Assembly: GCA_028534125.1 (NCBI GenBank)
Contig: CM052817.1
Span: 26,166,001-26,230,000, forward strand
Length of the DNA: 64,000 nt
Direction of reading: 5' to 3'
Source of the DNA: Lama glama
Lineage: Eukaryota
The notes under the pieces are model-generated. The model saw nothing but the letters and a program-made list of their open reading frames with translations. It ran no database searches and was not told the DNA's origin. The position numbers and the translations under genes were made by a program. Positions 12,219-24,765 of the stretch are shown here, piece after piece (position 1 is the first letter of the stretch; each line of letters opens with the position of its first letter).

Positions 12219-15200
12219 CATAGCTAGTAAGTTTTAAGCAGGTTAAACAACAATAGCTTATACTTAGTGCTTTTATGATAAAATCTTTCCATTTTTAGTT
12301 TTTCCCACAAGAATGTAAGCTCCAAGTGGGCAGGGATGTATTTTTGTCACTTAATTGTTTCACTGACACTTGAGATTGCTTTCTGGCATTTAGTAGACCC
12401 AGGAATTATTTGAAAGAATTTTGTGATGATGATGTCAATTCACCAAGAGACTTGGCCTTAAGATTCTACTAGAATTGCTTTAAATTCTGCACTGTTGCTT
12501 ATTAACGATGACGTTCATTTATTTACCACTTCCAGATTAACTTCAGCATTGTGTACTGTTCTGCATAGTTTATTATGTATATCTTAATAAAATAGTTTAT
12601 TTTAAAATTGTTTACTAGGAGTGGTAGCTTCTGTTCATCTCTTTTTCTTTTATGTGTTGGAAATGCATTGGAGCCACAAGGGAACATCAGAAAAATCAAG
12701 ACTACAAGAGGTCCCACTGTTGTGTTTAGATGAGTTGGGAGAAGAAAGTATAGAAAAGCAACTAACTTCCCAGCTGTCCTCAAAAAATGTAATACAGTGA
12801 AAACAATTCTTCAGGGTTTTATCCAAAAGCCTCAGTCTCCCTGGTTGTTGCAGTCATTAAAATTGAAAGCACATTGTTTTATTTATTTTTAGAAATTACA
12901 TTTCTGTTCTTAGTTTGAAAACAAACCTGTGAGATAAATCTTAGAAAAATAGGCCTTTGAAATAAAAGATTTTTGTAATTAATTTCGTTAGGGGGAGGGT
13001 AACTATGCTACTTCTATTCAGGAAATTTTCCTTTAATTCTAAGTTGTATTCTCATTTTATGGTAATAAAATTGAGAGTTAGATGGTAAGTTACTTACTTG
13101 AATTAACACTGCAAGTAAGTGGCAGAATTAGGAATCACCTTACGTTTCTCTACTCCAAAGGCTTTTCTAACAATCTGTCATTTTGCGTTGTTTTCCATGT
13201 TTTCCTTACAGTTTTTGAGTCTTAGGTGAGATTTTTAAATTAGTTTGTGTGGGCAGTGGGATTGGAGTTTTGGATTGTGGAATTACTGAATGTTTGAATT
13301 TAAGTATGTATGTAATAAATGATCATTGTTGCATGATGGAAAGAAAAACTGAAAAATCTTTGTCTTTAACTTTCTATTTTCTTTTTATCTTTGGTTATCT
13401 GTAGATAAAGACCCTACTCTAGAGCACAGACTATTTCTTTATAATGGGATTTATAATGGTGATTGTGTATTGAACTGATTTAGTAATTTTTTCATATACA
13501 AATAGTGTTCTTTCTCTAGAGTAAAAAAAAAGAACCCATCTTTCTCTGAATTATAAGTTGGAGGGAATGAGAACAGAAATAAAGACAGAGGTATAAAAAT
13601 TAATAATTATTTACTTAGCATTTTACTAACCAGACAGTTGGAGGCAAATCTAGAAGGCAGCTTTTCTAGTTTGTTACCTCCTACTACACTCCTCCAAACT
13701 TTAGTCTAATTGTAGTCCTGTAGTATCCTGCCGTTTTAGGGTTATTTACTACTTTGGGGGAAAGGAGTATTACGGGAATTATAGAGAACTTTGAAAGCAC
13801 TGATGATTTCCTGGATTTGATTATGCTTGTTGTTTCCCTAAGAAATCTTAGGGGAGAAATAGAGGTCTGTAGTTACACTTTCGGCTTCTTAAAATGGTCA
13901 GTGAAAATCTGATGCCTCTGATTTCCATTGTAACGTTATTCATTCCTGTGCATACTGAACAGAATATTTTACTGTTACTAAAATTGTACATTTCATCCTC
14001 TACTGTATATACCAAGAACGATAATGAACGATTTTGGGGGGCACAAGAAGAAGTTCCCATTATGTGTAATTATAATTAAGTTTAATATGGGGGTAAAATT
14101 ATCTTCAGAAAAAATATGAAAATTTAATCCCAAGTGTAAAAAACGGTTATGAGATAAACAGTACTAATTAACGTACATAAAGTAAGTTTTTTAATCTCAT
14201 GATTTTATTAAAAGATAGGAGTCATGAAATCTTTAAAGGTTGGGTTTTAAATTATATATTTTTTCTGTACTTAACATTTTGTACTAAACTATTTAACACA
14301 GAAAAAGTGAAAATGTTATCTTCTCTGGGAGTAGGGGGAGGAAGTCAACCTTAAAACATTAATTCTTACACTGTCATCCAGTAGACAAGTTTAAGAAGGT
14401 ATGTTCAAAAGCAAAAATTGTCTTGAAATCTTGTGAGGCTTTCTTCCCTAAGAGTAGATGTGTCACTTGTTAAAAACATGGAATCCTAACCAAAAAAGGA
14501 AAACATAACTTGTATATTAAGAATTTATGTTTTAAAAAACTGAGAAAAGGGAAGATCACTGTATTAGGTGAACAGACCAATAAGATACTGGTATAGGTTA
14601 CAAAATGTAAGTGGAGAGCCCATTTGCAAACAGGTGCTTGTGCACATTAATGTGAATCCCACTGGAGGGTTTTCTGAATCGTGATCACCGTTTACTATAA
14701 GAATGGATTATGACAGGATTATTGAGAGATTGAAGTGATAACTATAGATATGAAATTACTTTGAGAAGTGTAAAGTACAAAATAAATAGATGTAGATAAA
14801 CTTAATATAAAAATCTATTTTGAAAAGTAGGTAGTTGCCATTGAGGTAAACTAAGCAGAAAAACAGATCGAGGAAGGCATTAGAGGATTCAGTGAGGCAT
14901 TTAGGCTTCAGGAATTTTTGTGGAAAAGGAAATTTATTAGATCCTTAGAGCTTTCATCATCCTAGTTGATGGTGTAGTATTTCGGTTAACTTCAGCATCT
15001 AGAAATTCAAGTGAGAGGTTATAGGCTAAATGACTTTTAATGAATTTTTTGTTTATATGACTAGAACCCATGTAGCTTGGGGATATCGTATCACAGCGTT
15101 CATTTACAGATGAGTAGAACTATCACTTTGGACCTAACACACATGAAGTTGGCAAATATAAAATAAGTGCTATTTTTCTCTAAACATTCTTATGAAGTCA

Positions 15201-15442
15201 ACAAGATGATGTACTTTTGTTCAAAGTGGTTGTCATTAAAAACATTGAAGTTAAAATTTGTTACTATTTTTGTTTCAAATATTCTTAAAACTGGCTGAGT
15301 TCTAGAAAAGCACAGACTTATTTTTGCTAGAGCAGATAAGCTTATGGAAGAGGGGGTTTCAAATTTTTTTTATAGGTAATACTTTAAAATAGGCTCTTTT
15401 CTTGCTGATATAACTAACATTTATTTTCTGTTTATTTTTAAG

Positions 15443-15536
15443 ACGAGCAAAAATCAAATTAAAGTAGATCTTGTAGATGAGAATTTTACAGAATTAAGAG
15501 GAGAAATAGCAGGACCTCCAGACACACCATATGAAG
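15443..15536 (+). CDS. UBE2K: UBE2K coding exon 2 (94 nt): TSKNQIKVDLVDENFTELRGEIAGPPDTPYE-G
   Basis: Manual translation matches ubiquitin-conjugating enzyme E2 K as recalled. Pyrimidine tract with AG at 15441-15442. Donor is AAG|GCAAGT (GC type). Confidence 0.97.
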
Positions 15537-16339
15537 GCAAGTACTTTTTTCTGTATCAAAATATTGTGTGTATTAGAACTTGTCTGAAACATTAAATCAG
15601 AATAATCTTAACCATCTATAAACTATATGGAAGATAATTTTATTTGGCTTAAAGATATATATAACAATTTTTAAATAAATTTAAATGCTTATGTATACTG
15701 ATTTTTCTTACTGAATTTTAGCTAATTTTTTCCCCAAAACAGATTTAGTAGAGCCAGTTTCCAGGTTATATTAAGTTAGAATTTAACAGTGCAAAATGTC
15801 TAGGATGTTAAGCCTTTAACTTATATGGACTACAGACTCTCAGTTACCCTTCATATGGTATCTATAACAAACCTTGCCTTAAATTTCTGAGTGATGAGAT
15901 GTTTATTTATTTATTTTCTCTATAAATGTATTTATTCTGGATATTTCACATGAAGAAAATATTATTTTTTTAAAAAAACTCCTCTCCCCTCTTTGTCATT
16001 TAGCATTTCATTTCACTCATGTCTTCATACAGTCTGTATTCCAAATACTTAATTTTCTTTATTTGGGAAAGCTTTGATCATTTCAAGAACTATAGAAAAG
16101 GGGACTACTTTGCTGAATTTTATGTTCACAAACTTAAGTCTATAGCTACTTTAGTCTATGGAATTGGGTGGTAAGATACAGAAAGAAGCTTTATAGCTTG
16201 TTATTCCCTGTATTAGGCAAATCTTCAGTAATGACTATTGTAAATACGGGTTATATAACGTAGCCAAAGTAGCTTGTATATAATAGGCATTCCAGTATTT
16301 GTGTAAAAGAAATCATATAATCTGTGGTAGTAGCACTTA

Positions 16340-16535
16340 TTTTTACTTACTAGAGCTTCACATGTTTTCTCATTTAATCCTTATAACAAATTTTATGGGG
16401 TAAGTATAGTTATCACTGTTTCATAGATGAATAAACTAAACTCAGGGAAGTTAAGTAACTTGTCAAGGTCATACATCTAAGTGGCACAGCTGGAAAATGG
16501 CCTTTGGCTCAAAAGCCTATGTTTCTTACCACTTT
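16340..16535 (-). mobile_element. MIR SINE
   Basis: ctcatttaatcctt...agatgaataaactaaactcagggaagttaagtaacttgtcaaggtcatac. Confidence 0.7.
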
Positions 16536-18659
16536 CTGCTTTTGAATAAATCAGGATTGACCAAATATTGAAAGTGGTGGTTGTGTGTCTACTTTGAATG
16601 TCGTGGTTCTATAATTCTGTAATGATCAGTTACCCAAAATTTTTCAGAAAAAGTCGACATTCTAGACTATTTCTCTATTTTCATTCAAATTTTTAAAGAC
16701 CCTAGACTGTCTTCAGCATATCCTTTAAAATCTTAAATGACTAAATTTTATTTTCTGTTTTATAGTTCATATGAGTCATTTCTAGACTTACTTAATTTTT
16801 TATATTGTTTTGTAAGTGCCTCCTGTATGCCAGGCCTTGTCTGGATGCTTTCATGGATGCTATTCATTTAGTTCTTTTTGACAGTCATTGGAGGGAGAAG
16901 AGATCTTTAGTTACTTTATAAAAATCAAGTTTGTCCTTAATAGCTGATGTTGTGTGTAATGATATAGTAGCTTCTTCTTGAAAGCAGTCATTATAAGTAT
17001 TCTTGGATTACTTTTTTAGGTAATCTAATGTATTTTTCAAAGATAGTAGGGCAGTAGCATTATTCTGGAGCTCTTCCAGCAAATTCGTATTTCAAACAAG
17101 AGACCTCCTGAACTAAATTAGATAGGCAGAGTAAGCAACCCTTAATAAAGAAAGGTACATGAATTAAAAAAAAAAAAAGGACAATACACACTTATTTGTA
17201 GGATGATGACATTACAGCTGTACCATATTCTTCATTACTTAGAAACAAGTTTGGTCATTTTTAAGTACTTATTTCTGTCTAAATGAGACATTAATGTTTG
17301 ATAAGATTAGTTTTAATATGTTTCTTGGGTATCTATTTGAAATAGATTAAATTGTATTCTTTCCATAAAACTATTGAAGAGAAGTTCATTTTGTTTAGGA
17401 AAAAACACCATTCAGGGGCATAAATTTATATACTTCTTTGAAATATGAATGGAATAAAATATAATATTTATTGCAGGACTCTTGCTAAATTTTGAGGGTT
17501 GGTTTGTTTGTTTGTTTGTTTGTTTGAGTCTCAATTTAATAGCCGAGGCATAACTTCATTGTGGAATGTTAAATTGTTTATAACCATCATTCAGAAATCG
17601 GATAGCTATTTTAGGTAGTGTTAAAAGTAGTCACATTGAGTAGTAGAATACCCCAAATTACCATACATGTTACCTCAGTTTTCTTCTTTTTCCTTAATGG
17701 CTCAGTGGCACAGGAACAATTAAATTCTTAAGCCTTTCTTCCAAGAGTTGTTTTAAATTTATGGAATCATTGTTGATATTTTTAAAAAATCTCATTCCTT
17801 TCCCATCTTCCCTTTGGATTAAGTTAAAGATTATAAATGCTTAATATTAAAAGCTATTCAAGAAGTAAATATTTTATAGTGAAGCTGTCATGATAATGTA
17901 GTTATCATAAAGCTCCCTTAGTTGTGTTCTGATATGTATCAAATAATGCTGTGGTTAATGCTACAGTGATTATAGTAGAAAGTTGTCAAATAATGCAAGA
18001 CAGAGCATATTGATAGTATATGGAGTAGAAACAGGATCTGTGGGACTCTAGGGCCCAACATTATTTATATATTTCTAGGCCCTCACACTGCTCCTAAAAG
18101 ATTGTTTTGGACATTCAAGAAGGAATAGATGGTTATAGAGAAGGAATAGAAAGTCACAGAGATAGTAATCTGGAATTTAATCCAAAAAGTAAGATTCATA
18201 GGAAGGAAAAAGAAGAATCTACATATTACTCAGGCCAAATTTATCATACCTGTATTTGAAGCTAGCATTTATAACTCTGAACATAAAACAGTTATCTCTT
18301 TATACGTAAAAATTTCCTCAGATACTCCTCTTATCTGTCTTTTTTTGTTTGTTTCTTTTGTTTTGACTACTTTCCTTTATGTTCCACTATTGCCAAATGC
18401 TCTGTGATTTAAGCATCTAGTTTAACGTGTACATCAGTCAGTATGGGATTCTATTAAAGATAATAAGCAAGAAAAGAACAGTTGGAACCAGAATGGGCTT
18501 TGAATAAAGTGGTACCAAGTAAACTGCTCTTTTGTTTTCTCCCAGATCTACATTCATCTATTCCTAACAATCGAGGAAGTAACAGGATATACTGAAAGTT
18601 GAGTGTGTGGAATTTTGAAATTAATAGTGCTCCTAGTACACAGTTACGAGTTTTGTTTT

Positions 18660-18845
18660 GTTTTTTACTTTTTATTATAGAAAATTTCAGATACATACAG
18701 AAGGCAGATAGTAAAATGAAATCTCTATGTACTCATCAGCCAGCTTTAATACCTATCAATTGATGACCAGTTTTTGACCTAATTCATCTGTTGATTATTT
18801 TGAAGGAAATTGCAGGCATAGTTTCATATGTAAATATTTTACTAG
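18660..18845 (-). mobile_element. Ancient L1 3' end fragment
   Basis: tttattatagaaaatttcaga...gattattttgaag motif of L1MC-type ends. Confidence 0.5.
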
Positions 18846-19782
18846 CACAATTTTATTTGCTGTATTTTGGAATAGTAAGTATTGTTGTTAGTGGGTCATA
18901 AAATCTTAGAATTGGAAGTTTCATTAAAATTAGAATTCAAATCCAGTCTGGCATCCAGTGCAGGACTCCCCCTACAGAGTTCCTGAGAGGCATTTATCCT
19001 TCCCCTTGAAGTACCCCAGTTATGGGAAGCTAGGTAAACTTTTTAAAAATACTTATTTAGCAGCTAGTTGCTCAAATAACTTCAAACCAAACCAGAATGT
19101 TGCCTTCTGTTTATATATTACTGGTTAGAATAGTCTCTTTGTAAAGTTTTGCATTTTGTGTACCTATTTAGAAGAAAATAATAGGTTTTTATCTTTATGC
19201 TAAACTACCTCTTATTGTCAAATTTTATTTTTTAGATTTTAACAATAAGTGTTGACATTTAATTTGGGGCACAAATTTAAAGTTTGGATTTTTGCATTTG
19301 AGAGAACCAGCTAGAAGTAGATTTTTTTCAGTTTATGACATAATCTATGTATCCCTTTTCTCTGTACCATCTATGCCTTTACACCTCTCTGCCTTCTTTT
19401 TTTCTTTTTTGTTATTTAGCAACTCTTTATCAGTGTGGACTGAAGGAAACAAAAGGAGATGAAACCTGTGCTACTTAATTGTCTCAGTGAAGTCTTTGGC
19501 ATTGGATTGTCTATGGATTTAATATATTTATCCATCTCTAGCCCAGTTATTCACTGATGAACTAGTATCAGTTATATAAAATGGGTATTCTGTATGCTTT
19601 AAATGACCCTTAAATCAAAAACTAGAACTTGTGTTTATTTCCATTTGGGATTTCAATTTTAAAATGAATCTGTTGTAATTGAATATAAAATAGTACATGT
19701 TTGGAAAGTTCTGTCACTATATTTGACTTCCATATTTGAGGTGAGTAACATTCTTAACTTTCTGTTTTCCCTATTTTTTTAG

Positions 19783-19841
19783 GAGGAAGATATCAACTAG
19801 AGATTAAAATACCAGAAACATATCCATTTAATCCTCCTAAG
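19783..19841 (+). CDS. UBE2K: UBE2K coding exon 3 (59 nt): (G)GRYQLEIKIPETYPFNPPK
   Basis: Acceptor ...ctatttttttag, donor AAG|gtattg. Continues exon 2 in phase 1 and contains the E2 YPFxPPK motif. Confidence 0.97.
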
Positions 19842-21197
19842 GTATTGTAAGCCTACTTTTGTGCATGAACTTCTAAAATATATTTCTTGACTCATTTAAT
19901 TAATATATGTCTTTTAATGCTGATTTAAATTACAGATTTTTGAGTTGTTTATTGTGTGAATTTAGTGTGGACAAGATTTCAGGCAATGGCGGATGGTTTG
20001 CTTTTAGAATTAGAATGAGAAGCAGATTTACTCAGAGGCAGCCAGTAATGGCTGTAGACTGGAATAGGATATTTTCTGACAGTGGCTTAAATTCTAGGTC
20101 TAGAAAAATAAGCACTGTTCCCAAATTTAGAGAACCTTTTTACAAGTTCTTATGTGTCTCAAAGAAGTGTATTTTCTAGGGAGGAGTATATTCTGAATTC
20201 ATTCAACAATTACATGAATACTTTGTGCCAATATAACACTAAATAAGACTTCACATTTTCCTTGTTTTCATAGAGTTCATGTTCTAGCAGGGAAAAAAAT
20301 AATGAACAAATAATTGCAGCTATGATGTATGTTGAAAGAGGAAACAGAACAACCTAGGATTGTGTATAACAAGGAAAGCTAACCTAAACTTACTTTTTTG
20401 ACTGAACAGCTTCCTTAATGTCTTTACTTTTGCTGTCATCACCACTTTAGGTTTGGCATTCAACTGTATTACTTGCCCTTTTTTGCCTATAATTTACTCA
20501 GCCTTTCATCTTTACCACTGCTGTTCATTCTTTGCATTGCTGTTCTATAAATCTTTCTGAAGTGCAGTTTTGATCATGTTTCTTTTCTTTCCTTGTTAAT
20601 AGTCTAAACTCCTTAGCTGGGTATTTAAAAGCTCCTATAACTTAACCTTAGTCATCTTTTCCATCATAATCTTCTGCCACCCACAACATGGGTCTCATTT
20701 TCCAGCCTAGATTATTTGGTATTTTTAGGTAATGTTTGTTCTTTCACACTTTTCCTGTCATTTTCGCTTGAATCATTGTCTGTATCATTTAAAATTCTAG
20801 TTTTCTTTTGAGGTCCAGGTAAAGTATTACTTTCTCCATCAGGCTGTGCCTGTCAAATTGTTTCTCCGTCTACTCTCTCGGTACCATTTTAAATAATTTA
20901 TGTAGTGCCAACACAATTACAGTACCAATTAATGTACTGTATTATTGGGGGATATGTATCTCTCACTAGTTTTTATACTGCTGAGGTCAAAGACCATGTC
21001 TTATACACTTTTGTATTTTGTGTGGCTGCTCAAAGGATACTATACTTTTGGAAGCTACTATCACTCAGAAAATGTTCTAGATTTCATTCATTCAGCCTAT
21101 TGATTGTTCCTATTTAGGAACAGACATAGTAATGGAAATTCCAGGTTGAAGTTGAGTCACTTACCAGTTTGAGGTGCGTCTTGATCTGTTGTTTTTT

Positions 21198-21270
21198 TAT
21201 ATGTGTGTGTGTATATATATATATATACACATATGTATGTATATATATACACACACATATATATATATGT
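21198..21270. repeat. Compound (TG)/(TA)/(CA) microsatellite with inverted symmetry
   Basis: Read directly from the sequence. Confidence 0.9.
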
Positions 21271-21289
21271 TTTCTCATAAACCTGGTTG

Positions 21290-21725
21290 ATTTTTTTAAA
21301 TTACGTAACATAACATTTACTGTTTTAACCATTTTTAAGTGTGCAGTTCAGTGGCATTAAGCACACTGACATTGTTACGTAGCTATCTCCACCATCTGTT
21401 TCCATCTGTCTCCACTACCTGTCTTTACTTCTTCATCTTCCCTGCTGAACAGTAACTCCCTGTTACCCCATGCTGGTAACTACTGTTAAACTTTCTATGA
21501 ATTTGACTACTCTAGGTACTTTACTTATGTGGAATCATGCAATATTTGTCCTTTTGTATGTGGCTTATTTCACTTAGCATAATGTCTTTAAGGTTTGTCT
21601 GTATTATAACGTGTGTCAGAATTTAATTCCTTTTTAAGACTTAATGGTATTCTACTGTACATACATGCTACATCTTGTTATCCCTTTAACTGTTGATGTA
21701 TATTTTGGTTGTTTCTACCTTTTGA
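21290..21725 (-). mobile_element. L1MB-like 3' end
   Basis: taaccatttttaagtgtgcagttcagtggcattaag...ggcttatttcacttagcataatgtc. Confidence 0.75.
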
Positions 21726-22349
21726 GCCTGGTTACTCCCCTTCCCCCATTCTAAAAATAGTTTGTGTTTGTTGTAGAAGTCTGAACAGTAAAGTGTAGAA
21801 AAAACATTTTTTCAATATAACCACTTAGAGGTGACCATTATTAAGCTCTCATTTTAAACCTGTGATTTAATTTTCATACTTATCTTGGTTACCCCTCCAC
21901 TGGGTAATGTAGGTTGTCAGTATTATCATTAGAATGAGTGGTAGTCATTTGAAGTTACTTTAGTTGTAGAATACTATGAATTTAAGAAAAGAAGATTGTA
22001 AAATATTTCGAGATAAGGATGTCCTCAAAGTCTAGAAAAATTTCTTTTAATGGAAATGAGGAGGAAGAAAGAAAAGACCCCAAGAGAGACTGCTTTCAAC
22101 CATTGTATTTTTACTATTAAATAATGAAAACAGCTGCTGTCACTTGCTTTGTGCTAAGAATTTTATATGCCTTTCCTCAAACCGTCTGTAAAACAGTCTT
22201 AATAAATGAGAGGACTGAAGCTTAGAGGTTAAATAGAAGCCAATTCCTGTATGAGCCATTGTCCTCTGCTTCCTTGATCCTGATGAGGAAAGAGTACGGG
22301 CAGGATCTCTGAAACAGTGAATATGATTCTGTCAAGAACAAGAGCAATC

Positions 22350-22720
22350 AACCACAGTTCAAATTTGACTTGACTTCTGGCATTTAACTGGCTTTTTGAT
22401 TTTAGACAAGCTATGTAACTGCTTTGTGCTGTAGTTTCGTCATTTGTAAAATCCTCTCAAAAGATTATAAAGATTAAAGGAGTTAGTCCTTGTAAAACAG
22501 TATTTCAATAATTCTAAGAAACATTTTTTTCACATATTTAACATCTCTGAAATCAGGATACATCTTTCGGTGGATGGCATGTCATAACTGGCAGAATTTT
22601 TTTCTTTCTCAAGGTACACAAAATAAAGGTGTGTTGAATAATTGATGGTACTTGAGATTTAATGAAAACAGTACTTAGAACACTGCCTGCATAGACTAAG
22701 CATTCTGTAAATATTAGCTA
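22350..22720 (+). mobile_element. MIR interrupted by a MER104-like (TcMar-Tc2) DNA element at about 22498-22673
   Basis: MIR core on both sides. The insert starts cagtatttcaataattctaag and ends gatttaatgaaaacagta (degenerate terminal inverted repeats). Confidence 0.6.
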
Positions 22721-22849
22721 GCATTAACCAGATACTACCAAAAAGAGGCCCTTCTTGAAGTGGTCAGTTGGCTTCCCTCTGCAACATCATCGTAAAATAC
22801 AATAGCCTTGATGCTTAAATTTCCTCTATAAATTGAAATTCTCATAGGT

Positions 22850-23447
22850 CGCTTGTGGGAATGTAGTGTTGGAGCTACTTTGGAAAATAGTTTGGTCAAA
22901 ATGGTAAAACATAGAGTTACCTTATGACCGAGATCTACTTCTAGTTATCTACCCAGTAGAAATGAAAGCATGTCCATCCACCAACTTATACATAAATGTT
23001 CATACCAGCACTATTTTTAATCACCAGAAAGTGCTCTAAGTGTTGATCAACTGAATGGATAAATAAAATACGGTGTTATCTGTACCATGGATTTGATTTT
23101 AAAAGTGAATGAAAGTAGTGATATATTCTATAGGATAGGTGAACTTTCAAAACATTGTGCTAAATGAAAAGCCCAGGTGCAAAAGGCCACATATTACATG
23201 ATTTCATGTATATGACCATTAGTAAAGGCAAATCATAGAGACAAAAAGTAGATAGGTGGTTGCTTAGGGCTGGGGGAGTGTGTAGGAATGGGGAGTGACT
23301 GCTGAAGGTTACATAGTTTCTTTCTTTTTGAGGTGTTGAAATGGTCAAAAATTAGATTTCGATGATGATTGTGCAATTCTGTGAATATACAAAATGCCAT
23401 GAAGTTGTGCACTTTACATAAGGATGAATTATGGCCTCAATAAAAGT
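22850..23447 (+). mobile_element. L1MB-like 3' end, sense orientation
   Basis: tttggaaaatagtttgg...ggcaaatcatagagacaaaaagtagat...ctcaataaaa. Confidence 0.75.
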
Positions 23448-23540
23448 GTTTATTTCCCTATGTAGTCTATAAGTAATCTCCAAAGTGATTGCATAGTCCT
23501 GGCTCTGTTTTAGGTGCTTGATACATTATTTCATTTAATC

Positions 23541-23684
23541 TTTTTTTTATATTTAAAATTTTTTTCAGGGTGGGGAGATAATTATGTTTATTTATTTGTT
23601 TAATTGGAGGTACTGGGAATTGAACCTAGGACGTAGTGCGTGCTAAGCACACAGTCTACCACTGAGCTATTATACCCTTCCCCC
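23541..23684 (-). mobile_element. tRNA-Ala-derived SINE (Vic-1-like)
   Basis: GGAGGTACTGGGAATTGAACC...ACTGAGCTAT, with an imperfect TSD tttcattt...aatc on both sides. Confidence 0.88.
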
Positions 23685-24621
23685 TTTCATTTGAAATCAC
23701 CATTTTATTAACCTTTCCTCCTCCTCTGTTTCTTAGAAAAATGGGAAAAATAAATTCAAAACATAAGAACTGAGGTCTGTCTAGCTCATGTTGCTCTTCA
23801 GGCCACTACTGTCTTAATTTCAGCCATTCCATACTAAGGTAGCTTCAACATTTAGAAAGATCTTCCTTCAGTCAACCCAAATTTGTTTCCGTCTGGCTTC
23901 CTTCAGAGTTAGTTGTAGTTAGAATTTAGTGTTCTTTTAAATATGGTACTCATCCCATTTGTGGCATTAAGCTTTTGCAGTAAATGTTAATTAATGTGTG
24001 GTAAATGTGTTCTAGATATGTACTGTATTGATCTGAATTTTTATTGGTTGGTAGATATAATGGAAAGAATGGGGAATATTTGTATAAATTATACAGAACT
24101 GTGTTTACATATGTTTACTACGTAAGTTCGGATTTAATTTTAAACTTTGTGAGGTAAAAGTATTGAAGTTAACAGTTATATTCCCACTATTATGGTGCTG
24201 AAATCGCACAAGATTGAAAACTTACATTGACTTATCTTAACATGGTCATAGAGTATTTTCTGTGTATTATTCTGCAATAAACTGTTGACCTGAAGAGCAG
24301 AAGATTTACTTCTAGACAGAAGATGTATCTTTGAATCAGTTGCATATAATGTAGAAGAAGTTGGATTCAAAGCATGCAACCAAGGTTATTTTTAAAGTAA
24401 ATTGTAATATATATTCTATATATATTAGTGAAAAACCTATTAAATTAGGAAAACTCTAACACAGTAATTTGCCCAACTAATGTATTGGAGATAGGTTGGG
24501 AATTTTCCTCTTTTTTCTTGATGTTATAAACATACTTTTTTATGTGAAATTGAGTATAAATATCGATGCTAATAAACTTTAATGACTCTGTTCATCTGCA
24601 CATGCATTTTTAAAATAAAAT

Positions 24622-24765
24622 GGAGTATAGCTCAGGGGTAGAGTGCATGCTTAGCATGCAGGAGGTCCTGGGTTCAATCCCCAGTGCCTCCGTTTAAATA
24701 GACAGACAGACAAACCGACCTAGTTACCTCCCCCACAAAAATTTTTTTCTTGCATAAAAAAAAAT
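24622..24765 (+). mobile_element. tRNA-Ala-derived SINE (Vic-1-like)
   Basis: TAGCTCAGGGGTAGAGTGCATGCTTAGCATGCA...GGTTCAATCCCCAG followed by the family tail. Confidence 0.88.

Noticed and set aside
1..15442. UBE2K exon 1, promoter or CpG island
   Set aside because: No CpG-rich region and no MANIAVQRIK-coding sequence seen, so it must lie upstream of the window.
19751..19758. U12-type branch point (TTCTTAAC), suggesting a minor intron
   Set aside because: The donor is GCAAGT, not RTATCCTT, and the motif also fits an ordinary U2 branch site.
24622..24691. Genuine tRNA-Ala gene
   Set aside because: Six diverged copies share a non-tRNA tail and several have TSDs, so these are SINEs.
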